A DNA stretch of 62,157 bases, the filler included, from Catajapyx aquilonaris (Eukaryota): assembly GCA_000934665.2 (NCBI GenBank). It is 3 parts of 3 records of this genome, joined end to end, with 100 filler letters (N's around TTAATTAATTAA, not from the genome) between each part and the next. Parts side by side here need not be neighbours in the genome. Positions count along the whole stretch, not along the records: positions 20,763 to 41,420 come from JYFJ02006219.1; positions 41,521 to 62,157 come from KZ539499.1; 1 more part is not named here. One strand, 5' to 3'. Shown in pieces: positions 38,729-50,548 of this stretch (the first letter of the stretch is position 1; each line of letters starts with the position of its first letter). Made by a program: the position numbers and the translations under genes. The notes beneath the pieces were generated by a model that was not told the origin of the DNA, searched no databases, and saw nothing but the letters and a program-made list of their open reading frames with translations.

Positions 38729-41700
38729 GGTTATGTGCCACAGAGAGAGAGAGCATAGATATTTTTTCTCTCTCTACTGGCACACGTCTCTCTTCCTCAG
38801 CATAGAAAGCTTTCCGGGTAAGAGTATAATGCCTTTTATTGGAAGGCTAGACAGGAACATTACTTGCCAATAAATCGGGGATCAGAAGAAATATATTGTC
38901 GTTTTTATGGGCCCCCAGAATTCAATAAAAGTAATATACTCAGAAGACCGTTTTTGAGTTTGGTTTGGGAGATAAGCTATGGGCGATGGGGGAACGAGTC
39001 GCCATTCTTCCACAAAGTCGCTTCGATAACTTCGCAAGAGTACAATTTGCAAAGTGGCTGGGAGTTGGGAGCAAAGAGGGAGACTTTAGGGCTGGAAATG
39101 GGTGGATGTCGAAAGAGGTCCATTTCCGATGACATGCATGACGAAGACGACGGGGACCTGCTTTGTGCCCAAAGGCCCAAAAACTGCGCTGGGGAATTGG
39201 CAGCGGCCGAGTTGGCAAGGAGAATAACAGGACTCCTGAGTCCTACAGACGTCTGCTTGCTGTGACTGTTTGGCATTACTCATGCCTTTTTGCTGCCACA
39301 AGAACTCGCGAAATCAACGTCCGACTAACTTGCTAAGAGGGCGGGAAACTTTTTTTTTTCGGTTTTATTTCAGGCTCCTGGATATATCTTGGAGAATATA
39401 GACGTGTGAATTGGGAAGTTAGACGGTTTGCATCCTGAGGGATGCGAGTGATCCCGGAGAGTAGATCCCGGAAGGACCTCAGGCAGCGAGTTGGAGGAAG
39501 CTGAGGAGCAAGTTTTGATGAGGAATGTCTGCATCTCTGTTCCATTCCTGCCTCTCTTGTCCTAACTTCCTCAAGTGCTCGTTGCGGCGCGACATGGCTT
39601 AGTCGTCTTGCTATGGGCCCCATTTGTCTCCTTCATGGACAAGTTGTGTTGGGGGGAAACCTGCCTGCCTCCACATTGGCATAGGCAGAAACTCCATCCT
39701 CACAGGACGACTGTTCGTCTCAGCCTCTTGCTTCATGCTCTCTCTTTCAGTTCCGCTCATAATGGGACGCTTGAGTGTAACTTCACCGCCTTTGTGCGGC
39801 TCTAGACTACACGCTACCTGCTTGCCGCCGGAGTCAGATTTGGTCACAAGATGGTGGCAAATGAGGCAAGGTCGAGGAGAAAACTTGTCCCATAATGCAG
39901 GTGACGCCGAAATGTATTTGAAAAAAAAAAGTTTACCATTTTGCTGCCTGGAGGGAATAAGAGGGGCAAAAAATGGCTGAACTAGGAGAATAGCAAGTTT
40001 GAAGACGAGGAAACTAACTGGCTCTTGATTATGAGGTTGACTGGAGATTTGGAGGCGAAGAAAACACGAGCTTTCTTTCTATTTCATGAATATGTAAAAT
40101 CATTTGCCAGCATATTTACTCCCCATTCAGGCGACTCGGCTATGGCAAAACTTTTGCCTTTCCCTCCCCTCTCCCCTCCCCCGTCTCAGACTCATTTTTC
40201 GAAATTAACTTTCTTGGATTCTGCTGGGAGAGGAGTAGAATTCGCCACCTCCCTTCCCCCCCTCTCCTCCTTCCATGCCCGAACTTGCTTTTCAAAGTCT
40301 TTCAAAGAGGAACTCTTTTCGCCAGGGTGAAGTATATTATTAGGCAGTATTCATTCTCGCCCCGTACCTCTCCCTCTCCCCTCCTCCTCCTCCTCCTCCT
40401 CCTCCTCCTCCTCCTCTTTTTTTTTTTTTTTTGGAACGCCCCACCCACCGGTCCCTTTTCTTCCTTCTCTTTTCCTCATGTTCCCAAGGCCCACTTCGAA
40501 TCCAAGTTTGACTAATAGCATTATCTGTCCGGGCTTGGAGACAAGGGACCGTCTGACAGCCGAGGAGTTTTGAGGCGTCAAAGTGGGGCGGAGAATGCGA
40601 ATGCTGGCAGGAGGGGGGGATTTTTTTTAAAGAAGAAAATGTTCTTTTTTTTGGTGGGTTGAAACATCTTGAGAGAAGATGCCACGCCCCAAACTTGTTC
40701 TCTGGCTAAGGAAAAGGGATGCAGGCAGCCTCCTTTTTGTGGCCGGTATCAGTGAAGGAGCCTTTCTTGGGGTCCTCTTCCGGCCCCTTTGCCGCCCCGT
40801 CTCGGGCGGTATAAAGGGAAGGGCGACAGGTCCTTTGGTGTTACCGGAAGAGAGGGTCTGATCGGCACACCCAGGGCGCCATCGGAGTGCCACTTGACTT
40901 CAATTGGCTGCCCAAACTGAATATAGAAGGAATGACAGACGCTATAATGAAGTGTGACTGCTCTTCCACCTTTCAGGACAGATGGATTGTCCATAGTGTG
41001 GACCCACTATATGCAATTAGTTCCGGACATTGACCTTGACGTGGTGGTGGGGCTCGCATTTCTCTCATGACCCCAAGAGCTATGCCGGCGGTAGCTTTGT
41101 ATACTGGCAGAGCCACCCAAGTTGGACAGGTCTTTGGGATATGAGACACTGTCCCACCTTTGTGTCTTCTTATAGCCATATCCATAGTTTCTTTGGCTTC
41201 TTCCTAATAAACCAAACAAAAACCAAACATTACTGTACAGTACACATTGGTATGCAAAAAGTACTATGTGACTGATCTATGGCAACTCGTCCTTTTATCA
41301 GAGAACATTGCGGTCCAGACCGCATATATTCCGTAACTGAAAAGTGTGGTACCGGCCTATAGACATATCGCAAACCATTTGGGGTCCCTCTTCCTCCTCC
41401 ATCCAATTGCGGGCTGGAGCNNNNNNNNNNNNNNNNNNNNNNNNNNNNNNNNNNNNNNNNNNNNTTAATTAATTAANNNNNNNNNNNNNNNNNNNNNNNN
41501 NNNNNNNNNNNNNNNNNNNNTGCTCTAATGAGTGTCACTACCTTCAGGTGGAAGGACATCATTATCAGCCCACGCCATCTACCTTAGGCTCATAACTTAT
41601 TGGACGACCCTCGTACAACTTGTTCTTGTTGGGAAGTTTCGGCATACAAAAATGCTGTGATTCCATATGCCTACAGGGTTTTTATACACAGACTGAGAAA

Positions 41701-42209
41701 CACTGCACAAAATCAAACCACTACCTGGCATTTTAAAAAATCCCCATGCAAATTGCCCATCTGTTAACAGTACCCTTGGTACATACAACCATCTGGAAGC
41801 AATCTGCTCCACATGCTCACCACAAGAACCAACCATGAATTAGTAAACTGAATGTCTGCAGGCTCTTCAAAAGGTGCACAATATATATCCTGCACATAGG
41901 AAACATCATAAAAAATTACCCTCCACCTTATCTGGTTATCAAACCAAGGATCTCTTAGGTGGAAGTTTGGTTCTAAACTACTTACTACATCATGCTGGAC
42001 TTCTTCGAACCATTATATCGTTTTATGAATTCTTGCTTTAAAAATTCCAACATTTTAAGATCTAGAAAAGCATCATAATGTTTCCCACATCAATTAATAA
42101 AAGCATACTCTTAATTTCAGGATATATTTTAAATATCATGCAAGCAGTTTCCATTGATTGTCTATAAACTGGGGGTATCTGTATTTGCAAGATATTACAT
42201 GTTAATAAT

Positions 42210-45200
42210 TTATGAGTGGTTCTTAGAAACATTCAAAGTGATGCAACCAGCAGACACTGACCTGCACCAAGAGATGACTCTCTGAGCCTCTCTAATACCA
42301 GCTTCAATGGCTCCATGTGTGGTTGAGAAGAAACAATGGTGAGTGGCTTCCCCTGCAAATAGCACTAACGGCTGTCCTGCTTCCCCAGACTCGCCCTTGA
42401 ACAACGGTTGAGCCAGTTGACGAGCCCTAGCTTCAGAGCTCAAACCTCTATGACTGTAAGAACCCTTGAAAAGTGGGTTACATGCCCAAGTGGATCGAAG
42501 CATCTCATATGGTCTACTTGGTAAATCTTCACCAAGGTAGTTTTTGAGCAGTTTCCAGCAGCAGTCAATAACTTCTTCATCACTAGCCTTTTCCATGGAT
42601 TTGGCAGCATTTCCAGTAACCCAGGCACATAAGACCTTGGGCTGGTCCCTTACGGCACAAAAGCTAAATATTTCTCTCCACCACTCCTTGTCTGGATCAC
42701 GCTCACCATCATCCAGGTCTAGCAAAGTGAACCCAAAGCAATCTTCATCCCACCATTGCTCTTCAAATCGGAGAAAGATCTTGTCCACAGTCCCAAACTG
42801 CAAACCCTACAAGAATGGAAATGAATGTTAATAAAGAATAACAATCCAAAGAAGAAGGAAGGGGAGAAAGTTGCTGGATTAGCAGCATTAAAACTCTAGT
42901 CTAGAGTAGGACACAAGGATTAGTAGTTCTCCCTTTCCTTTTCTGCATGCTGCTGACTTATTTACATTGCCAGGGGTGGAAAATAATCAATCAACTCTTT
43001 CTGCCCCTCTGGATCACCCACTTGGACAAAGGAATACGCCATATAGTGGACAAACGAGATGCTACATTACAATTAACTTATGCCTTAAATGTTTCTACAT
43101 ATGATCAACTGGTTTTATGTACTTTATATGTTTTACACAGTGGTCCCCAACCTTTTTATCGCCCCGGACCGGTCAACGTTTGATAATTTTACCACGGCCC
43201 GCTGGGGGGGGGGGGGGNNNNNNNNNNNGGGGGGGGGGGGGTGTATAGTTTATTTTTGATTTAATAATTCCGGTTCCATCTAGGGGTATAGTGTTGGAAA
43301 TACCCTGCCAAGGCCAGAAATACCGTACCACGGCCCCAGATCAGACGATATATCGATAAATGTAGAAAAAAAAAGGAATGGAAATAATTGGGCGGCCCGG
43401 TACCATTTGATCCACGGACCGGTACCGGTCCGCGGCCCGGGGGTTGGGGACCACTGTTTTACAGTATATCAATCATCAGAAAGCTAAATCAAACAAATTC
43501 CCATAAAGTTACTTTTGAGAAAGACAAAAATCCACCCAAGATGATGAAGAGCAATATTCCTTCATGAAAACAAAGCTTTACTCCCAATTTCCTGAACAAG
43601 AGAGGGGGGACAACGACACGACCTGCAAGTGGCAAAATATCATGCATGGATATATTTTGTCACTAGCAGGAAGATTAAAAACACCTACCCAGGGAAAGCA
43701 GATAATACCTGTAACCCAACATGCTTCATGCTTAAAATTCAGGTTGCATCAGCATCAATAAAAACCTAATTTACTGTTACACATAAAGGTGAGGTGACAG
43801 CAGGGTGACAGGTACAATACAAGTGAAAATAAGCATTTACAAAAAAAAAAAAAAAACTGATATGGATGACGTGATGTATATTCTGAAACATGTGTTGTAT
43901 TGTATTAAAATATGGAGAACAGCATGCTCCCCACCCCCCAACATGCACACAGAGGCATACACAATACACACCTGGATAACTTCCATTTTGGACAGTGGCA
44001 TAGGTGGAATGAATAATTCTGCTGCCTGATTTTTAAGCACCCCCAGTGAAACAGTGACAACTACATGATCTGCAGAGTACGAGCTTCCATCTTTGCAATG
44101 CACAGCCACTGGGTCTGAACCACTCTTTCCCCAGTCTATTTGCACAACTTCCTTCCCCAGCAGCACATGATTCTTCACAAATTCTTGCTGCGGTTTAATC
44201 AGCAGATCAATCAGGCCTGAATACCCTTGTCGCCAACTGACCAACGGATTCCCCTCACACTCCTTATACTCGCAAGATCCAATCCCTGATGCCATCTGCA
44301 GGTCCTCTGCTCCTTCCACTGAACTCTGGAAGCGGCGAAGAAACTGAAGCAATCCGTGCTGAATCTTGGGATCCTCATGCACCGGATCATGCTTCTGAAG
44401 TCTCCAAAATCTGTTGAAAAAGAGGGAAAGTACTTATTTGGTGTAAGTGACCCTCCGTACCCCCGCACAGCAAGTCCCGAATTTCGCGGTATTTTCCCCG
44501 CTGGTGACGTAACCAATTGCAAAACGCCATCATCTGGCAACCCCGACCTCGCCCCAACTCTATCTGGCCACCTTGAGCTGAAGTGAACTAGTGAAGGACA
44601 TTTCCTAGAATAGCACTTCCAAGGCAGGCAACCAGGCAAGATGGAAGTCAGCAGGTACGCAATCTCTTTTCGTAAAGGCAGCCTGCAATTTCGGGCCGCA
44701 GTCATTAATCGGGACAGAGAGAGTCAGATTCTTGGCCTCAAAACAAGAAGATCATGGATTAATGGCGGGCTTCTCTTCGCCCCTAGTTCCTTTGTAAACA
44801 TGCATCATTCTGGGGTAACTAAGGAAAATGGCCTCCAGTTCTAAACACTGGATATTTTGCATGAGATAACAGTCGCGAGTTGACAGCATTATCGGACTAC
44901 AGGTTGCATTCAGGCTAACTGGCATGATTTTATGTGGGTCCCCATTTACGGCAGAAGAGTATGGCCCAAAAGTCATTTCAAAACTAACTTATGAGATATG
45001 GCAATCAGACCTTTTGGAAGCCAACGTAAATATACTGCCAAACACACTGCTGACAATGACAGTAGGTCATTTGCTTTAACGTCCTTGGGTCAAGAGAAAA
45101 TGCTCAAGCCTCATTCTCATGAGTGCAATAAACCAGGAAAGGATTAAATTAATAATGTAAATTTGTGACATTTGAAATGTGCTCCAAATATAATTGGAAC

Positions 45201-48200
45201 CATATTTTAATGTTTTGAGCAAGAGTAGATCATACCCAGTTTGTAGAGGTGCATATTTTTAAATAATAATGCTGACACCTAATAAAGTTGATGTGCGTGC
45301 ATTAAAGCCCTTGCATGGTAATACGCCACTTGAAGGTGTGTCACGTTGCGTAACCATTAACCCCTTCGCTACCAGATAGGCCCGAACCACAGATTTTCTT
45401 CTCATTTTTGCTATATTTTTATTCCCTTTCCATTGCTTTCTCCACGACCCTTAAAAACATGCTGGCAACTCTTTTTTGGGTTGCAACACAGGTGTCCGGA
45501 ACCGCTAATTGACTAATATATCTACATACTTTTTCCCCATGTCCTGCAAGCAATTGGATTGTGTTAGAGTGGAGATTTACCCCCACATTGTGTGTGCCCC
45601 CACCCTGTCGTAACTGACAGTGAGTGACTTGGTGAGAAATAATTGTCAGCAGTACCCCCTACCATCCCCCCTAGGCCTATCATGCCTCTGTGCTCATCCC
45701 AATGGAATGATGCCATACATTACCCTGTTCCCATGGAGTGAAGTGATGTATACTCCTAGAGAGTGCCACCTACCCCCATTCCCCAAAGCAGAATTACACC
45801 CTAGCATATCTAAAATGCTCTAATTTACCACTTAAATTGCTTGTTACAGGGTCGGAACAAGGCACATGGTGCGCAACGCCAAAACAGCATGGGATGAACC
45901 CAGGTGTCAGGACTTGGCCAAATCCTGGGCTGATAAGGCAGAAGAGAAGCAGATTTATATTGGGCACTTGTTTACTAGTCCTGGTTTCGATATCCTGAAG
46001 TGTGTCATACGGGAACTGGATGCAGTTCCAAGGGACAGAGTCCTGATCAACGGATATCGGGACCTAGGGGCATATTTAGGGGCACATCAATGCATCCCTC
46101 AGATCTACGAAAATGGCATCCGCCCTTCGTTTGGACCAACCGCAGGTATATTATGGGACAGAAGAAAGGTACCACTGTGCCACTTTATAAGTGCACTCAT
46201 AAAAATGAAGCGCCTTGATATTGTTTCTATGATAGAAGATCATATGCCTACATTCTTGGAAGCTCCTGTCAACCACAGCGTTGAACAGTTGATACCCATA
46301 CCCATTGAGTCTTGCGACACCTTGGAGGAGTTTGCTGCACAGTTCCGTTACACACGCCGTGCACCAATTATCAATTCACTTTCTAATCAACTACCAATAC
46401 AAGAGCAACCCAGGAGAACCACAGTGAGACCTGATATGGTTGTCTATTTAACCTATGGTGAAGATGGCATTGAAGATGCACGTGAAATAGCAAGAATCAT
46501 ACGCCAGCCACGTGAAGATGGTCTTCGAATTGGTGTTCTGTTAATGGATGAACACAGAACTGAGTTTGAAACAGATCCAAAGGCCATTCTGGAAGAATTC
46601 TACACCCAAGTGCGATTCACCCTTCCCATAATTACGCCTGGTTATTTGGACTCTCTATCATCCCCTGATGTCACGTCAGCAGCCACCAACCTTGACGTGA
46701 AACTGGTACCACATGCTTACAGACTCATGCTGGGCCAATATGACCAAAACTGGTACAAGAATAAAAATGTTAGGTGCATAGTGCCTGACAGATTTTCACA
46801 GGTAGTGCCACAGAGGACGGACTTTAACAGGCCACTTTTTTCTGCATGGTTCTCAACTTCAGAGTTAGAAACGCTACTTGACAAGTTTTGCCAGCTCATC
46901 AAGTAGGAACAGAGTGAAACCGTTCACGCCTTTATTCACATCTTGTATAAATGCAGACGTATCACCACTGTTGAAGTTCTTGCATACAACCGGATATGTG
47001 GATATACAGTAGACTGAGGGTGAATTCAAGTGTCAGTTTCTTTTTCTTTTTTTAAAAATCCAGCCTTCATGCTGTGAAATTAAAACCATCTGGTTACTTT
47101 TATAACCAAGTTGTTGATCACCCATAGTAGTACATGAGTGAGGCCTTTTTTTTGTGCTTCTCTAAATCGTATTTACTGCTGTTTATGCATACCAAAACAA
47201 GGAACATATGTATTTTCCCCATGGCTACATTTTTTGAGCTTGTGAAAATTAAAGGAGGTCCCTTTTCGGTTTTTGGGTGGGTTGTGGTTCAAGCCCTTGT
47301 ACAAATTCTTTTGGGATCAGTGCACACCTACATAAAATTATTAAAATCTGTCTAATGAACTCCAAATTAAGCATGAATACGTCCATTAATGGAAGTGTGG
47401 ATTTTCCATACATTTTGGTTGATTGAAAGTAAAACCTGCTCAGGATAAATTTGATTAGAATGGAATGACTCATGTAGACTTGTCTTAAAGTACGTGCAAT
47501 GCAATGCAAAAATGTAAATATGGTTTGTCTGTCATTGCATAAATGTTTTTGCTTTTTGATGCATCACTGAAGTTTTCCTGCATGAAGTGTTACTAATTAG
47601 TAGGAAAATTTTATATTGAATGCATATTGTATAGTGACAGCTACAACTTAACAACAAACAAGAAGTTACACCATACAAATAAAGTAAATAAATGTTACTG
47701 ATTTTTGTTTGTGCATCTTTGTTAAAAACTGATATAAAGACTGTGCGAAATGCAGTGAAATATAAAGCTAAATTCCTTGAGTGTAACATTTTTCTACACT
47801 AGCAAAGTAGATGTTCCAGATGCATTTTGTCAAGAAGAGAAGCAAGCTGACAAAGTGGTTGGGCAACATCTCGTTCTGTCTGTAGGAGGCAGGCAGGTCT
47901 CCAGTGGTCTATTGTGGGGCCATGAGACTGGTCTGTTCAGCTATTGCAGACAATGCGTTCTTGCATCTAAGTATGTGATACATATTATGTAACATCCCCT
48001 TGTCAGTTATATCTACTACAGACCATTTCATAGTTTATTTCAAACCAATCTTAACAAATTATGACTAATGACAGGAATCAGATAGTAGTCTACGGGTACA
48101 GAGGCAATGATTATATGACAATACATGTTCCCCATTTAGCAGTTAATTTTTTAGGAGGCCCATAATAATTAAATAGTCATCAGTATCATCACACTACTAA

Positions 48201-50166
48201 TCAACAATGTCAGTTTGTCTGAGATGAGACATCATGCAGATCACCTGAATAGGTTGACTCAAATGGAATTTAAACTATTTTTTATCCACACCTTAACAAT
48301 GCGATTGGGGTTGGGCGGGCGGGGGGCCTCCCGACAATTGGCAACGTTGCGTCGCAAACAATCGGGTGCCTTGATACTGCTGCCAGCCAACTTCGAATGC
48401 CTTCACGGTTGCTTGATGAAGTGTCGTTCTTTGGGTTAACGGACTGCAGCAACCATCATGGCTTTCATATTTCCCACCTCCTTCATTAATACTGTTGTCC
48501 TAGCACTTGTCTGATCGGTTCGCGTGGCAGGGGTAAGAAGACGCCCTTTGTTGCGCTCCCCCGGCAACTGATTGTTTGGGACCCGTAGCCAACATGTTTG
48601 GAGCCCACCACGCCTTCCCAACCCCGCCGCGTCGCTAGGTGCGGATAAACAATAGACTTTCCCTCAAATGTCTTGAAAAACTTGTAGTCAATCTTGTATA
48701 TGTTGGGTTTTTCTCACTACAAGTAGTATGAGTGTTGAAAACGTGTGGCTAACCCAGCCCCCAGACACTTCTATCCCAGCCCAATAGAAAAAGCTGTGCC
48801 TTTAACCCTTCCCGAATTGGCGCTAGTATATCTGCAATGGAATCCTGTTGTGGAACTCGCGGCAGCCGTAGTGACCAGCAACCCTGATGGTACAGTGCCG
48901 TGCACAATAGCATATAACAAGTGTAAACAACGACTTTGGCGTCACCTGGCAACTGGGCGTGTTCGGACATCGGCATGTGGAGAGGGCTTAGTGCTCTTTC
49001 TGTCGTTGCCACTGTTTACAGGTAGCGATTGATGCTGGGCGACCTATAGCGAAGGGTGTGTGCATGCTTACCATTGCATGGCATCGGAATAAGCGGGCTG
49101 AGGGGATATTATTTTGAGAAGGCGCTTCGTTATTATCACACTATCGTCACTGTCTTATTCCCACGATGATGGAGTTATCATCAATCGCTACCTGTAAACA
49201 GTGGCAACGACAGAAAGAGCACTAAGCACTCTCCACATGCCGATGTCCGAACACGCCCAGTTGCCAGGTAACGCCAAAGTCGTTGTTTACACTTGTTATG
49301 TGCTATTGTGCACGGCACTGTACAACTATGCATCTTAGTGTATCGCTATTGGTACCTAGGTGTTAATGCATAGTTGTACCATCAGGGTCGCTATGGCTGC
49401 AGCGAGTTCCACAGTGTGATTCCATTGCAGATATCATAGCGCCAATTCAGGAAGGGTTAACGGCAAGAAAGATGGTGGCAAGTGTCCCGACCTATTCTTC
49501 TAACACCGTGGGCTAACCGCTGGCCAGCTCTGTACCGGGTTGCACAGTGTAAATATTGCCCAAGTTTCTTTGTCCAACTCTACTCTCTGAATCCTTCAAA
49601 CCAATTCATTCTTCATAAAGAGTAAAATAGAATGGGACATACGAGTAAGGTATGCTCATTACTCACTCCTTGTCATAGAATTCCCCAAGTGACCAATCCC
49701 CATCCATTGGTTGCTTCTTGGCGGTGGCCTCTATCTTAGCAGCAGTCAACTCAAACCTCTGTATCTCTTCCTCGGTCAGCCTGCGTCCATCCGAGGCAAC
49801 GTACTCAATCCCTCCAAGCCCACCATTGAGTGGGTCAACTGTGTCAGTGTCCAGCAGCCCAGCCTCCACTCCCATTTGGAACACAGTGTTCCCTTCTTCC
49901 CCATGGACCCACTGGGCACCCAGCTCCACCAGTCCATCAGCAAACTTGGCAGTGTGCACCCTCCCACCCAGTCTCTCGGAAGCCTCCAACACTGTCACTT
50001 CTCTGAACCCATTGCGATGCAGGTGGAGGCTGCAGGCCAGGCCGGACACTCCAGCCCCCACGATCACTACCCTTCCAGGCATATCCAGGCCACGATTTTG
50101 GACAGAACAAACCAATCTGCTCAGGTTCCTCGTCAGAAGTGGAGGCAGAATGAGCTGGAGCCGCAT
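42210..50166 (-). CDS. Flavin amine oxidase, spermine/N1-acetylpolyamine oxidase family; exons 49667-50166 (alternative start 50082), 43972-44410, 42210-42806
   Basis: FAD-binding VVIVGAGVSGL, EASERLGGRV, ELGAQWVHG, ADHVVVTVSLGVLK, FGTVDKIFL, GSYS and LFAGEATH...STTHGAIEAG.REA are present. Splice phases are consistent. Confidence 0.93.
43138..43456. mobile_element. hAT/Charlie-type MITE in intron 2 of the polyamine oxidase
   Basis: TIRs cagtggtccccaacc / ggttggggaccactg, with ttttaca duplicated on both flanks. Confidence 0.8.
44488..44515 (+). promoter_or_regulatory. Candidate promoter elements of the nested gene: kappaB-like site, CRE-like tgacgtaa and ccaat
   Basis: ggtattttcccc (reverse complement GGGGAAAATACC) is followed by tgacgtaa and ccaat, about 130-150 bp upstream of ATG 44641. 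This is a motif match only. Confidence 0.35.
44641..46906 (+). CDS. Nested antisense gene: death domain + SEFIR/TIR-like adaptor (Act1/CIKS-like), ~356 aa; exons 44641-44654 and 45850-46906
   Basis: A 346-aa open frame joins in frame to ATGGAAGTCAGCAG|gtacgc via ttgttacag|G. The N-terminal part (YRDLGAYLG..PTAGIL..FISALIKMKRLDIV) resembles MyD88-type death domains. The C-terminal part (VYLTYGED, PIITPGY, YRLM..Y.QN..KNKNVRCIVP) resembles the Act1 SEFIR boxes. Confidence 0.75.
48806..49456. mobile_element. piggyBac-type MITE with long inverted arms
   Basis: Termini are TTAA|cccttcc.gaattggcgcta ... tagcgccaattc.ggaaggg|TTAA, and the ~230-bp arms are reverse-complementary. Confidence 0.85.
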
Positions 50167-50548
50167 ACTTGGAAAAGGCACTCTGGATTTTCCAGTGGGT
50201 CCAATTTGGCCGGCATATTCTGGCCAATGAGGGCCGAACCTTGGCAGAATGTAGGAAAATTCGGAGTGCCTTTTCCGTACATCAGCAATGCAAATAAGGA
50301 CGACCGGCTGGGTAGCGGTTATTTCAAATCGCTTTTGGTGAGTGGCTATCTATTGCAGGTCTCCCTGTACTACGTTGAACAAGAAACAGCTGTGCAAGAA
50401 AACACAAGCAGCTATGCTCCTGGCGTAATCGCAGACAATGCCGTGTCTGCTGCAATTAGCTGCACTGAATAGATGAGGATCGCAATACGCCACGATTCAT
50501 GACCTCTCTTTGACCGTTTCTCAACTGGGACTGAAAACGGCTTGGAGG

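Noticed and set aside
49711..50472. 253-aa plus-strand ORF
   Set aside because: It is an antisense shadow of oxidase exon 1, starts at a non-ATG codon and has no recognisable motif.
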